Of a stretch of 64,000 nucleotides of DNA, positions 1-13,458 are shown piece after piece. This stretch comes from Kudoa neothunni (taxonomy: Eukaryota; Animalia; Cnidaria). The notes below the pieces were generated by a model. That model was given only the letters and a program-made list of their open reading frames with translations, had not been told where the DNA came from and ran no database searches. Position numbers and translations under genes: made by a program. The stretch covers positions 3,462,724 through 3,526,723 of the forward strand of contig OZ199839.1 of NCBI GenBank assembly GCA_964304625.1. The letters are read 5' to 3'. Position 1 is the first letter of the stretch. Each line of letters starts with the position of its first letter.

Positions 1-1299
1 GATATTTTCTCAACTAATTGATTAACTGTTATATTACGTGATTTTTGTTGTGCTGAAATTTCCTGAGTCAAATCACATGAATACAAAAATTCATTTCAGT
101 TATCGAAATAATTATGTCGATTTAAAATAAATTTAATTACAGCTTCTATATTTTAACTTCATTCACCTGAAAAATACACGAGCCAATATTAACTTGAAAA
201 ATTTCATCGAAATAATAACAACATAATAAATAACCAAATTAATAGAAATTAGGTGAGTTTTATTGAGGGAAATTGCTTCATGATAATCCCCATCATCCGT
301 AGTCATGTCAAATAGTCGAAATCTTCAGAAATACCTATATATTTACAAAATTGCTTCATTTCTAATTGATAGTTATTTTCGAAAAATCAAACGACACTAA
401 AGAAATCATCGAACCAATAATTAGTCCCATCGCGGACGGCATTGATCTTGACTTCAAGTTTTCAATGTAATTGCATGAACTAACTTTGTAAAGACTTAAT
501 TTTACTTTTTGAGAATTTAAATGTTTGATTAATTCATCGTATTTTATGGAAAACTGTTCTCTTTCATCCTAGTTACCTATCACAAATATACAATAGCTAT
601 TCCAATGCAATGTCCGAATCGATGTTGACATGGAGTTTTCTTCTTCAATCTAAGCTTTATCAGTTTCAAAATCTTATAGAATTATGTTGTTGGTTAACAT
701 TATTTTTATGGCGTTCTATTTTGAATATTTTATCCAATATAATTAAGATGTAGTAATTTCGATCTATTCGAAACGAAATTAAAAAAAAATTTCTTTCAAA
801 TCATACAATAGAGAATGTATATTTAAAAATTTAAATTTGTACCATTTTTATCGATGTAATTTATTTTTTAATCGATTTTTGTTAAATATAATTATGAAAT
901 ATATCTACTTCAGTGGAAAAAATATATAAACTAAAATTCAATCTTTTTTATCTCTTTTTAAAAGTTTCAACATTACATATTTTTAGATACCGAATAGTTC
1001 TGACAACGAGAAATTGACATTAAAAATCACGCGCGCGCAAACGGAGATTCATGTAAGTATATTTATTATATGCAGCCATTTGTTTTCAATAAATTAAAAA
1101 ATAAATTTTCAATGCATTTTAAAGGTAGCGTGAAGTTTTTACGTGGTTATAATACATACAAATAGGATTTGTCTTGAATTTTCATTTTTCTTTTAATTTA
1201 GTGATAATGACTTTGAAAATGTTTATGAGTATTTTAACTTTTTAAGTTGTTATAAATATTGATTTTAACCTAATATATTATTTCAGATCGCAAACAAAC

Positions 1300-3584
1300 A
1301 ATTTAGGCATGAAGAGATCAAACAACGTCGATCTGATTGCCAAAAAAACAAAAAACCCAATGGAGCCTCAACATAACGTAGTGGGGCGTTTTTGTGCAAA
1401 GTTCCGATTCACTTCAAAAATTTTCCGTTCGATATGATTACATGTTTTATTAATGAATATGAAATATAAGTGGAATAAATGAATAATACAATTTAAAGTA
1501 ATTATAGAGGTTTGCTATAGTGTAGAAAACATTTAGAATTTTAATCAGATTGTTCACTTAAATTAGGAATCTAAATATGTCGCATGAAAAAATTTCATTC
1601 ATTTGTTAATAATAAAAAAAATAAAACAATATAATTCTCATAAGACATTTTGTAGGACAACAAAAATGTCTTTAGGTCGTATTGGCTTCGGTATTTTGAT
1701 AATATGAATTTAATTTTTATTAGTTAAAGTAATCAACTCTTAAAATAATTCCCTTCTGAGATGTAAAAACAATAACTTCAAACAGTTCGTTGATCTAATT
1801 ATAATTCGAGGGAACCTACATTTACATTGAATAAATTTATAATCAGGGAAGATCTTATATGGTAGAAAAAAGAAAAATATTGCTGGATATTTGATGATGA
1901 GAAAAGCCAAAACGATTGATATTTATCTTGTAAAAAATGATTCAAATAATTGAACGTTATTCTTTAAAATACTTATTCTCTTTTTATTCAGACATATCGA
2001 CAGTACTCCAACCGAAGAAACTTGGTGTGATACAAAATTTAAGAGCCGTTTAAAATCCGGTTAAAAGAAATTTCTTGTCAGGAAACATTGTTTCGATAAA
2101 AATGATTATGATATATTAATGTAGACGACATAACACCACTTAATCACACTGACCATTAGTTAATGTTCCTTATGCTCATAAATATGAATAAAATGCACAA
2201 AGGAAAAAGTTGCACTCCATAAAAATTTATTCAATAAGTTAGTTAATGTTTATTATTGAGATCAGAGCCCATAGAATTATTCATTTTAATACATTTATTT
2301 CACCATTATAATTAAATAAAATAATTTGAGGTGTCGTAAACTGGTTGTGGATAAAAAATAATTCATAAAAACAAGTCTTTACATCAAGGTAAAATTCATG
2401 GAAAGAACTAAAATGTAAATAAGATAGATTCTAATGTCAAAAATGATAACCTTTCAATAATTCCAATAAAAGGGGGCCTTTACCTACTAAAAATCTATAT
2501 CTACTATATATATAAAGCTAAGTTATCTGTGTGTGGTTGTGCACGTCCAACAAGTTTTTCCCTTATAGACAAATATTTGTAACTTCTAATCCTTAAAGAT
2601 ACGGGGGAAATTATTTTAATTGTCATAGCATCATGAAAAACTCTTAAAGGAAAAAGTAAATACTTATTTTACATGTTTTGAATTCGTTGGCCAGATTAAA
2701 AAAGTTCAATTGTAGGATTCATCAATACAATAGGATCGAAATTGTTTATTTCAAGGTGATAGTTTAAGTTAACGTTCTTCTTACATGTTATAATCACACG
2801 TTAACTTAATAGTATCATCTATTTATATATAAAAATTAGGTGTGCATTTTAAAAATGTTCGCAATTACATTTCTTGTATATATGACTCACAAATATATTT
2901 TACTTGACATGCACACCTTGAGAATTTTTATTAATGGTTTAAATTTGTTTATTAAATGATGGATTTGTAATGTATACCATATATAGGTAGGTTAAAGTCT
3001 TCTCATTTTAGGTCTATGACTAGATTTAATTGTAGCCGTATGTCAAATTAAACTTTCAGCAATTGAATTCAATAACAACGTTTTATTTTTCTTTTACCTA
3101 ACTATTTAATAATTTAGGTTGATATGTTGTGTTGCGTAACTAGGTCGTAGTTAAGAGTTATAGCTTATATCGGATAAAGTGTTATTAATTTGAGCTGAAA
3201 AATAATTTTCTTAAGTTATCTTCGAACTACATAATTTGTTCTATTTTATGAACACCACGAAATGATATTATTTTTAATTTCATATATCACAATTGTTGAG
3301 AGCAAAATACTGTAAAAAATTTTTTTTAATCCTTCCAATGGGTTAACCGTTAACTGAAAGTATTAGTGTGATTTTGACAGGATTTAAAGGGATTATTCAA
3401 ATCAAAATATTTTTGAATTATGGTAAAGGCGGGGTTTCTCGCTAGTGGAAAATAAAATATGTAACCAACCTACAATTTTTGTTCGCTGAACATGCGCATA
3501 CGCAGAATTTTGTTTAACCTAAATTTCCGTATCCGAAAGGAAAATGCCAGGTCCCAACATTTTCGGATAAACAGGGTTCGACTG
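1300..3584 (+). mobile_element. Decayed pogo/Tigger-like element (transposase remnant plus right TIR), interrupted by a Helitron; left boundary uncertain
   Basis: ~1990-2050 translates to DISTVLQPKKLGVIQN, resembling the Tigger DDE motif NTTSxLQPxDxGVI. Right end ...CGGATAAACAGGGTTCGACTG|TA at 3584 is homologous over ~100 bp to the MITE right end at 20680-20771. Confidence 0.5.
2494..3445 (+). mobile_element. Non-autonomous Helitron
   Basis: 5' A|TCTATATCTACTATATATATAAAG...CTGTGTGTG; 3' GC-rich hairpin GCGGGGTTTCTCGC-CTAG|T. Internal blocks (GTTCAATTGTAGGATT; TTCAGcaATTgAATTCAAT) are shared with the Helitron at 19797-21896. Confidence 0.6.
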
Positions 3585-3627
3585 TAATAATTCTTCCATA
3601 TTTTCAAAAATTTTCTCTTAACCATAT

Positions 3628-4216
3628 TTATCTCCAATTTTTTTTCATAAAGAAAACGTATTTATAAATAATAAATCTATTAAATAGATAAACACCACCA
3701 TAGGTCGTCATTACTGATTGTGGATTGACCCGAATTCTCAAAGTATTCAACCTAGTCAGATTCTTACGACAACTCAATCTTAAAATATTCATAATCATCT
3801 TAAAGGAATTTGATTTATCATTCGAACTACTATCGGCGGAATCCATCTCTATTATCGCAACGATAAAGTTAAAAAAGCAAGTCACGTGATCGGCGATATA
3901 GGTAATAACTGTATAGCTTCAAATTTATCCACCAGATAAACGTAAAATTTGTTATATGTAATAACTATTATGTTATCTATCAATTGGTGTTAAAAAAATC
4001 TGGGATAATTTTTACCCCAAAAATTCACTCAGGTATAAACTTGTTATAATTTTTCTGATTTTATATATTGAGTCATAGTATTTTAAAATCATATATTTCT
4101 TACCATTTTGGAAGATTGGAAAAAACTCGTACTCCACGAAGAGAAACCAAATCACGCATATGACCAATAATTTCTTGTTGGGGTAAATATTTACCCTAAA
4201 TTCATTAGAGTATTAA
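3628..4216 (-). mobile_element. Truncated 5' end of a piggyBac element
   Basis: Two GGGGT-N-ACCCC/T motifs ~170 bp apart (~4180, ~4010), TTAA at 4213-4216 and a Ser/Asp-rich ORF start (MDSADSSSND) on the minus strand; same layout as the 5' ends at 7583 and 51371. Confidence 0.4.
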
Positions 4217-4464
4217 ATTGATTTATTTTCAGCATTATTTAGATTAATCGTAGAAAATCACATCTATTGTTAATAATATGCAAGATAAACTTAAAAATAT
4301 TTATTAATTCCCTGTATATTCTTTCTTTTATATTTTAAAAGATAATCTATTCATATTTAGATTAATATAATTGAAGAAAGTTCAACAAATAGTAACAAAG
4401 ATAAAATCGATTCTCTAAAAAGGAGGAATATAGATTCACAGTTTTTAACATACCAACTAATATA

Positions 4465-5017
4465 CAGTCGAATCTCGATTATCCGGAAAATTTTTGTCGG
4501 CGATTTTCCTTCCGGTTAATCGAACATAAACAATGTCATTCGCGCACATTTTGAAAGTTCTACTTGAAGGATTGTTTACTTGATTTACAAACAATTTTTA
4601 CTATCTTTTAAGTAAAAAATTTTAACTTCTGCCATTTAAATTAATAATGTTGACATATCCATTAACTAAGAATATGGAGACTTAAATGAAAATCAATACA
4701 TTATCATGACAGTTTTCACAAATATAGATATAGATAGATACAGAGGAATAACTTACTTTTTAAAAATCGATAATTAATGTTTATTTAATATAAATACAAG
4801 CATGTGTTCAGATATAGCACAAATTTATATGAATTCTGAATGTTGAATTTAAGTTTTAAAAGAAAAATTAATTAATAAATAACCTAGAACTACTTTGGTT
4901 TTAAATTTTTCATCGGTATATATGCTACATTGTATGTAGCACGGTGATGGGTGGTGGTTTTATCCGGAAATATGATCAAATAGTTCTTCCGGTTTCCGGA
5001 TAATCGAGATTCGACTG
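4465..5017. mobile_element. Tc1/mariner-pogo-type MITE
   Basis: Perfect ~25-bp TIRs CAGTCGAATCTCGATTATCCGGAAA / TTTCCGGATAATCGAGATTCGACTG; flanked by TA and CA (mutated TA TSD). Confidence 0.85.
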
Positions 5018-6105
5018 CATTTAATTTGAAATTGATCAATTTAAAACCTTAATGAAAATTTATAAATCTCCTCACTACCAGTTAAAATCAGGATTTCGCG
5101 CTAGTTAATAATACAAAGTGAGGCTTCTAAAATTGTCGTAATTAAAATCAGCATAAAAATAGCATGTGAATTCTAACCTAATCTATAACTTAAGTGAGTT
5201 ATCACTGTTATTTATCAATTACAAATTCCATACAAAATATCAAGCGTTCACTGTATGATGATTATTTTTGTGTATCCTCGAATATTCCCGACATTATCTA
5301 TACACCATTCTAACTAACAGATTAGCGTGATTAATAATCTGACTACTCTCTATAGTTATTGCTCAGTTAATAACGAGAAAATTGTTTCGTTAGTTATTCC
5401 AATACATCACCAACCAATCACACATTGGATAGGGCGTAGGTTGCGTCTTAATAGATTAAAAAATTTCTCACATTTATTTTAATGAATTAAAGTGCTATTT
5501 TTCATAGAAAAAAATCAAGAATTTTATCATAATTAAACAAAGAAGTTTTAATGTACAGTTAGAAAATAAAACCAACTGTTAGATGGACCTATTTGTATTT
5601 GTATCCTAGCGATTTAACTCCCGACAAAGGATTTATACCAAATATTATTAGTCGTGAATACGCTTGGTATTTGTATTAAAGTTGTTGGATTTGAAACTAT
5701 TGTTATCGCTATGTTTCTAGGCAAAGTTAGTATGCTTGTCCAACCAACCAACTAAATAACAACCAATGATAAGGAGAATATTGTTAGGCTAGTGGGTGTT
5801 ATGCTTGTCATTGTTAATGCGGTTTGTGATGTGAGCTATCGCAATTAGGTGATATTATGCGAGATTCAAAACTACACACATTCACATTATACCACTGATT
5901 GAAAATGCATGTTTCTAATTAAACAGATTAAATTTTTTTAATTTTCAACTGCTTATTGTGGTATTACATAGTGTACGGGGAGGATTTCGTTAAACAACGA
6001 CAAATCACTTTCGGGTTAATCTTTCTACAACTACTTGAAGTTTTATCACCAGGTTTTGTGCTGTTGTGCAGCTGTATTTCAAGATATATCTACGCCCGAG
6101 AAAAT

Positions 6106-7301
6106 ATGGACGCAGTCAAAAGAAAACTAGAAATGCTTAAGCAAAAGCAACAACAAGCCGAGGAAGCTGTTGCTCGCTTTGAGAAGGAAGTGGAAAAATT
6201 AACCAATGATAAAACTAAAGTAGCTGACCATAGTTTAAAGATGATACACGCTTTTGTTCTGCTTATCTTTTCATATGGCTTTAATGTGTGGTATATTTGT
6301 GGTTGTAGAATCAGGAAGAACTGGAAGCATTGAATAGTGAGATTTCACAAATAGATCAAGAAATCAGCGACAAGGAACTCAAATATGAAGATCTCAAAAA
6401 CGATATTGCTTCTCTTGAGGTTGAAGTTGAGGATGAGGTTAGGTAAGGGTTTGATTGATTCATGGTTTGAGTTGATAATAATTGGTGGTGTTCGGTTGAT
6501 AGAAAAAACATAAGTCAAACTAACCGCAACAATCTAACTGGAAACGTAATAATACGTTGAAACTATGGAAATCAGTTGTTATTATTGGTAATATAGGTCA
6601 ACACATTGAAGAGTCAATGTGAACAATTGGAAGATCAAAAATCCTCTATGGAAAGAGAAATTATTTCTGTAATGCATTTTCTTTTGTTAGATATGTTGTG
6701 TGGGTGCTAACAATAACATTTTATTTAGTACGAGGGTGAAATCTCACAACTTGAGGAAAAATTGGGTGACATTGAAGAGCAGGCCGAAAATCTTGATGCG
6801 TATCTCGATCTACCCACTCCAATAGTTTAAATTTTGTTGGTAGTGAATGTCGAGAGTTGGAAACGCAACTCACCGAACTCACCAATGAGGCCCGCAGCAA
6901 AACCCATAATGCTGGAAAAGTGCCAATAATTCTATCTAACCCAGTTTATAAAACATTAATTAATATGTTTTCGTATATAGGCTGGTGAGATGTTCAATAA
7001 ACTTAATGATAATTTGAAAAGACTTGAGGATAAACTTGCCAAGGTACACTAAACTTTATTTTGTCCCAAAAGTAAGTCTAAACGAATCCTATAGGAAATC
7101 GAACTCTCTGCCAAATATGAACATGAAGTAGCTGAAGTTGAGGCTGAAATAGCAAGAAAAGAAAGTAATTTAATTGAGATCGATTCAGAAAATTGATTAT
7201 TGATTAAACAAAATTTAGCCGAATATGAAGAAGCCAAATCACGCCTTGAAGAGAAGAAAGTTGAGCTCACCACTATGCTTGAAGAACTAAACCTTGCCTA
7301 A
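6106..7301 (+). CDS. TPM: Tropomyosin, 9 exons, 241 aa
   Basis: Exons 6106-6219, 6309-6442, 6503-6545, 6597-6668, 6729-6799, 6844-6919, 6981-7043, 7095-7164, 7219-7301, all GT-AG, total 726 nt in frame. N-terminus MDAVKRKLEMLK; 38-codon first exon as in canonical tropomyosins; acidic coiled coil ending TMLEELNLA*. Confidence 0.9.
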
Positions 7302-7582
7302 TTCATAACTACGTGTTTTTGTGTTATTTTCCTATGGAAATACTATTGGAAGGTCCGTATTTGATATATTATTTTGTTAGGCTCCAGTTTTTCGTACTAT
7401 AATCATTTTTTAAACCTAGAATTTTTCTTCGCGCGCTCACTTACCTAACAATAGATAACTACTACCTACTAGTGTTAGTTTTATACGATTTCGTTATTTT
7501 CGATGTTTATACCATTGTTTAATATCATTTAAGGATTTTTATAACTCATTTGCGGTTAAACTGACTGTTTTAATTTCTTTAA

Positions 7583-10336
7583 CCTTCTATCCATTTAGGG
7601 GTGTTGTGTCACCCCCTAAATCGACTTTAATCTGCTCATAACTACTTACACTTCGCACTAAATAATTTGAAATTATACCTATTCTCATAATTTAATAAGT
7701 TACATAAGTTGAGGAAAGCTTAAGAAAAAATTATGAGGTTAAGCATAAAAGAAAAGACTTTCTTCTAATGTAGTGACATTGGGGTGTATTTCACCCCGAA
7801 TTTTTTTGGAATAAATTTAGTTAAAATATTATTATAAAACGTTTGTTAAAATTATGTTTTATTCTAATGAGAGATTTTGGAGGAAAATCTCAACAATATC
7901 GTAGATTAATCCTTAATAATCTTATTCGGACGACATTATCATTTCATTGGATATTTTCGTTATTTACATGGTGTGTGATTCCTTTTACTTCTCACATAAA
8001 TTTATCTATATTTATCAAATGTTATTTGATATATTTTAAATTTGAATATCGAATCTTTTATAAAATTTTACGAAATTATTTAAAACACGAGGGACGATGT
8101 ATTCTCACAGGTTATAGGGGCGAACATTTAACTCTTAGAATATCCTATTTTATCAGATTTAAACAATAATTGTTAAGATTCTTAAGTATTTTAGTTAGTA
8201 AATTAAAATGCGGCAGATAACCTAACAAATAGCATCTTTAAACGCACGCGGTTGACCTCTTTTAAAAAGTAAATATGAACAGTGATTTTCCGGAATTTAT
8301 TGACGAGCTCGAATCATATGGTAGTGAAGTCGAAGACTGCTTGCTTGAGTTTCTAGAATCATCTGACGAATGCTATGAAATCGAATGTAATCAAGACTCT
8401 GCTGAGGCAAAAAGTGGGATTGTTTGGAGCCTAATCAAGCCGCCTGTTTCAAAAACATCAATTGAAAACATAATGAATTGTAATCCAGGGTCAACAGTTA
8501 CTGTATTCAACGCATCAAAGAAGTTTTTGATATTATTTAATGAAAGTATTTGTGGAGAAATTATTAAAAACACCAACATGTTTGGACTTGATTATTTCCA
8601 CGATACATGGAAAGAAGTTGATGATGTAGAATTAAAGGGTTTCTGGGAATCCTTATCTTAATGGGAATTCATCAAGAGAGAGCCGAACCTTTGCATGAAC
8701 TTTTTTGTTTATCCAAAGGGAAGCAAATTTATCGTCAGCTTTTTGCTCGAACTCGTTTTTTTACAAATATGGGGGGCACTACATTTTGACATTATAGGCA
8801 CAAGAATGTAAAGAAGTGCTGATAAATTTGCTGCAATTCGACGTGTTTGGAACATGTGGGTAAACGAAATACCCATGTACTTTGCTCCTCATGAAGACAT
8901 CACAATTGACGAACAACTTTTCATTTTTAAAGGAAGATGCCCCTTTAGGCAATATATGCCTAAAAACTGGCGAAATATGTCCTCAATATTTCTCCTTATC
9001 TCGGGAAAAATGGCGAAAGCGCTACTAGAAGTGTTGGAGTTGGCGAAAGCATTGTTCTTACATTTGCATCTCCATTGTACAATTCTGGGAGGAACAGTGT
9101 TGCGTATAATTTTTTTTCGTCGCTATCACTGGCATCAAAGTTGCTGCAAAAACGCCTTACTTATCTTGGAACTATAAGGAATAATAAGAGGGATTTTCCT
9201 CCATGTGTGTTTCCATCAAGGAACAGGGCGTTGCATAGCACCATATTTCTCTTCCATGAGAAAAACATGATAACGTCATATGTTACCAAGAAAGGAAAGG
9301 CCGTTAATTTGATATCGACAGGAACGAATAACACCAACATAGGAAATCTACAAAATGACAGTAAACCACACGTTATAGAGCACTACAATAGCACTAAAGG
9401 TGGGGTCGATACTGTCGACAGGATGATATCTTCAGTATCCGTTCGTAGGTTCTGCAGAAGATGACCAGTCGTTGTATTTTATAGTATGATTGACATATCA
9501 TTAATCAACGCCTTCTGCATCTATAAAAACATTTTTAAGGAAAATCCCCCCAAAAGAAGAGTTTTTTTAAAGAAATGGCAGAATTATTGTACAGGTAACT
9601 TCTTAGTAGAAATACTAAAATTGAAAAAGTAGTCAAAAGGTGTAGTGACCTCTATATAATAATATAATAACTTGAATATTATGATCGGCCGTCGCCACGG
9701 GAGGGGTATTATTAGTTAGCGAATTGCGGTTTTATCGCGTGCCGCTGCTTCATTACAAAAGGACTCTTACATCCAACAAAAATAAACATAATGTTCCTTC
9801 GAAATCGCAATCTAGATACCAATTATGTCCTCGAAGAAACGATAAAAAACGACCTTATGTTGCGAAATCTGGCAACGATATTATTGCAAAGATCACTCAT
9901 CAAAAATCTGTTTGGATTTCTCAAAATAAATAATTAATTTTATTATATATTATTTTTCATTTAGTCGTCTATTTATTTTTACCAAAAATACACATTTCAT
10001 TCGCTGGTCGCATTTATATAAGTTTTTTAACAGCGCGCGAAATCATCCGATAGGATTAAAGTGGGCTTAATGGTGTCAATATTCTGTATTTTCCTGGAAA
10101 TCTGTTCGTATGAATTTTTTAAAACTCTATATATTACTTTATATTAATTTTACAAATAAAATGATCAAAAAATTCGGGGTTAAATCTACCCTAATATCGT
10201 TAGAGGTATTGTGGGGATTCTTACAGATTTACGCTCTAATGAAGACACTTATAATTGTAACTGTCGAACATTTTATATGATAAATTATTAATAGTCGTAA
10301 TATATTATAATTCCCTTAATAGTATATAAATGGAGG
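7583..10336 (+). mobile_element. piggyBac transposon, decayed (right end approximate)
   Basis: TTAA|CCTTCTATCCATTTAGGGGTG at left; AAATGGAGG|TTAA at 10328-10340; subterminal GGGGT-N-ACCCC motifs at 7598, 7781 and 10175; transposase inside. Confidence 0.75.
8275..9930 (+). pseudogene. piggyBac transposase, frameshifted
   Basis: Motifs ITIDEQLFIFKGRCPFRQYMPK, LTYLGTIRNNKR and KPHVIEHYNSTKGGVDTVDRM, plus a C-terminal LCPRRNDKK Cys-rich remnant, split over several frames with stops. Confidence 0.92.
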
Positions 10337-10399
10337 TTAATGGATATAGGATCCGTGACAAGAGGATTAAAATTATACATTTCTTGTGACACCCCAACT

Positions 10400-11900
10400 T
10401 TGAAATGAAGTGAGATGAATACAGTTTCATTATTGCAGCGGCAAATGAATTTCAAAAAAATAATCCTTCAAAAAACTTATTTCAGGCAATAAGTATTAAT
10501 GATACCTTAATTATTCTGCCATTATTGTAGTAGGCATATTTTAGGCAAATGTTGGACCAAAGATGTAATAGGAAATAATGAAAAAAATTTATTTATTTTA
10601 AGATATAGATGTATAGCTGAATACATATTAGTATTTGGCCTACAAAAATTCTATAATAGCTTTTTGCACGTGTTTTCCAATCCCGATTCATACTAAGGTA
10701 GTGTCTATTTGTCCGGCAAATAAGTTTTATGATCGTTTTGCCTTATTTGCACCATAAAAAGTAAAATAAAATTGGTATTTTTATGATTATTATATTACAA
10801 CGTTTAAAAACATACATTTGATATGGTTGTCGTTCCATTTGGGAAGTCTTACCGATATAGCTTGTTTATGTTATTCGGATTTTATTATTTTATCTAGCAT
10901 TGTATTGTTTTATTTTTCGAGTAAATTTGTGAAAAATCAATTAATTAGCCATAGTGTCAACATAATGTTGTAACGTTGTCTTTTATGGAACTTGTGTACA
11001 GGATAGCGTTGCTATACATAAAGATGAACAGCGTCGATGGTGGATTAGATTATAGCGATGTTAACACTAAAAATAATAGTTTTTTTAACGTCAGTGATAC
11101 GTTTCGTCGTTGTTCAGAGTTGAAGTTGAGAATCTAATAGTTCGAATATCAGGGCAAAAGTAATATTTTTGTATTAAATTGCAAAGATATTGAGAACGCA
11201 CAAAAACGATATGTTCGAGTATAATAATGTCACATGAACTCATATCGATAATATTACTGAATGATTTATATAATAGAGTAAATATTCCTTCTGTTTTCAG
11301 CAGAGCTTGTTATAAGACGGATTTGTTCAGAAGTATCGTTTTTAAATTAACTTCTAAAATTTTACCAAGTTTTTATAATTGTGTTATTTTACATGTAACC
11401 AACGTTATATAAGTTCATCGTTTAAGAATATTATACCACGATTAATATAGTTTTTTTGAAAATTAAATGGAAGTATATAATTACATTCTTGGGAAATTAC
11501 AAATTGTATATTCCACTTAAATAGTTAATATAATTTTTAGAAATTTTAAGATATAAGTATGTTAAACTACTTTTTTGCTTGACCAAATGAATTATTTGTA
11601 CGTCAAGCACCGTGTGAACTAACCTATTAGTATTACTTTATTGAAAATAAATATTGATAAATTATCGGACTGATATAAATAATATTCTCATATTTTTAAA
11701 AATAGAATAAAATACATTAGATCACCATTATTTGTAGGTGTGCTTAAAAGGTCTAGATAACACAAAGTTGAGTCATCAGAGTATATAAATATGAAGTTTA
11801 AATTTTTACGTAATAATTAAACCTAATGAATTCTATGATTCAAAAATATAGCATTTCATAAGTTTAACCGTAAAATCTTGATGTTATCCGTTTCTAAATA
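10400..11900 (-). mobile_element. Possible highly decayed piggyBac transposase remnant
   Basis: Minus-strand fragments TIDAVHL (~11035), YIGKT (~10850) and ILNFNSEQRR (~11120) lie in the order expected for piggyBac motifs; no termini found. Confidence 0.25.
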
Positions 11901-12095
11901 AGGTCTTCCTACACATTCTTCAACCGAACATAATTTTTAGATCTATTTATCGTTGAAATATTATTTATAATATTAAATTTAATGGTATACTAACTTAAAG
12001 TAATTTTATAAAACACGCGATGCTAATCTTCCGGGACAATAGTCCCTGCCTTTTACCAACGTAAAAAGATTAATATCGCATTAGCTATCGTAAAC

Positions 12096-12682
12096 CAGTG
12101 GTTCTCAAACATTTTTCGCAGTGGAACCCTTTTACATAATTTGTAATAGAATGGAACCCTTATCTAAAGTAACCCACTAAGGTTAGTTCAAAAAACCTTA
12201 ATTATAATCATACTTATTATAAAAAAAATCTTTTAATTTTAACACATTTATCGAAATTGGAATAGTGAATACCTATTATAATAAAGAAAATAATTTAAGC
12301 ACAGTTTACTGGATCATATTCCATGTTTTTTGAACTAGCGCATGCAGATCGTTCATTTGTAATTTCATCAATTTCTGTCTTCTTTAGATGGTGTTGTTTT
12401 GGTTGTTCTTTTTAATGGTCAATTCATTGTAGTGCCTTTAAAATAGTCCAATTAATTTGTTGAACAGCAGAAATATTTGTGTTAACAGCAAAGCAGCACA
12501 ATCTTCCTGTAGATACGTTGATGCATAGCTAACCGACAAAAGTAAGCTGTCACCAAAGCCGTCAACTTTAGCTACCAGTGAAAATTCATTAAAATCATAA
12601 GATGAACTGTACCTATTTTTTGTGTTATGATTAAATGAGGTTTTTCATTGTAGTTTTGAGGGACCCACTTTGAGACCTGCTG
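12096..12682 (-). mobile_element. hAT (Buster/Charlie-type) internally deleted element
   Basis: TIRs CAGTGGTTCTCAAA / TTTGAGACCTGCTG; 8-bp TSD TCGTAAAC/TCCTAAAC (NNNTANNN pattern); minus-strand YASTYLQE resembles the hAT dimerisation motif FxSTYLCE. Confidence 0.8.
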
Positions 12683-12759
12683 TCCTAAACTAACATAACG
12701 AATAATGTAGCAATTTTCGTTCACAATGTTAAACTCTTAGCGCAATTAAGAAGGATATG

Positions 12760-13137
12760 GAGTTCGGGTGGTTACACAAATCCCGTTAACACCATAAATA
12801 CCGTAAAACAAATAATGTTTATCCCTTCGCACGTTATTTTTCTGTGGTAGTGTGGAAATTTAAGACACTAATCATCCTTGTTTCTGGGAGGAAATCAACA
12901 AATCGAACCACGTCCACTAGGACTTTGACTCTACGGAAATTTTATGTATGTTATTTGGAAGAATAACCGGGGGAAGTTATACATTTTATTGTGATTCGAT
13001 AACAACACCGGCTCACATTATAGGATAAAGAGACACTCATTCTGAAACAGTAAGCCGATCGGTAGCAGAAATTGAATTCAATTTAAGACCTTTGGTTACT
13101 GAGTCCAACCATCACACAATTGAGCTATTTATCCTCC
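12760..13137 (-). mobile_element. Possible tRNA-derived SINE remnant
   Basis: Minus strand begins with A-box-like TAGCTCAATTG, an anticodon-like stem TTGG-N9-CCAA and a degenerate B-box; the body is more GC-rich than the flanks. Confidence 0.3.
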
Positions 13138-13300
13138 ATTGCGAGTAGTGTTATATCTACGTAGTGAGCACAACTCAAACGTGAATTTCAAGCGAAATTG
13201 TTCCTTACCTTTGATATTTATGATTTATTACATACATTGAGCAGTTTTCATTATAAAATATATGATATATTGTTCTACAATTTATTTTTTACTTTATTAA

Positions 13301-13458
13301 CCTTCTAAAACAACATGAAAATTTTCCTTCAATTACATCAGGATCAATATGAATTCAGATTTTTATTTGATGAATTTAGTTAATTTTCCGGGCGTTTCTG
13401 GGTTCAATTCGACCCCGAAAGCACCAAGTGTGTAGTCGATTTTGAGGCTCTCGGGAGG
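13301..13458. mobile_element. piggyBac-derived mini-MITE
   Basis: TTAA|CCTTCT... at left, GGGTTCAATTCGACCCC subterminal motif plus spacer, ...GGGAGG|TTGT at right (degenerate TTAA). Confidence 0.5.

Noticed and set aside
5956-6105. N-terminal extension of the tropomyosin ORF in the track
   Set aside because: It starts at a non-ATG codon; the canonical MDAVK start is at 6106.
6800-6843. Possible U12-type intron (GTATCT donor) in tropomyosin
   Set aside because: It lacks the full GTATCCTT donor and a CCTTAAC branch site.
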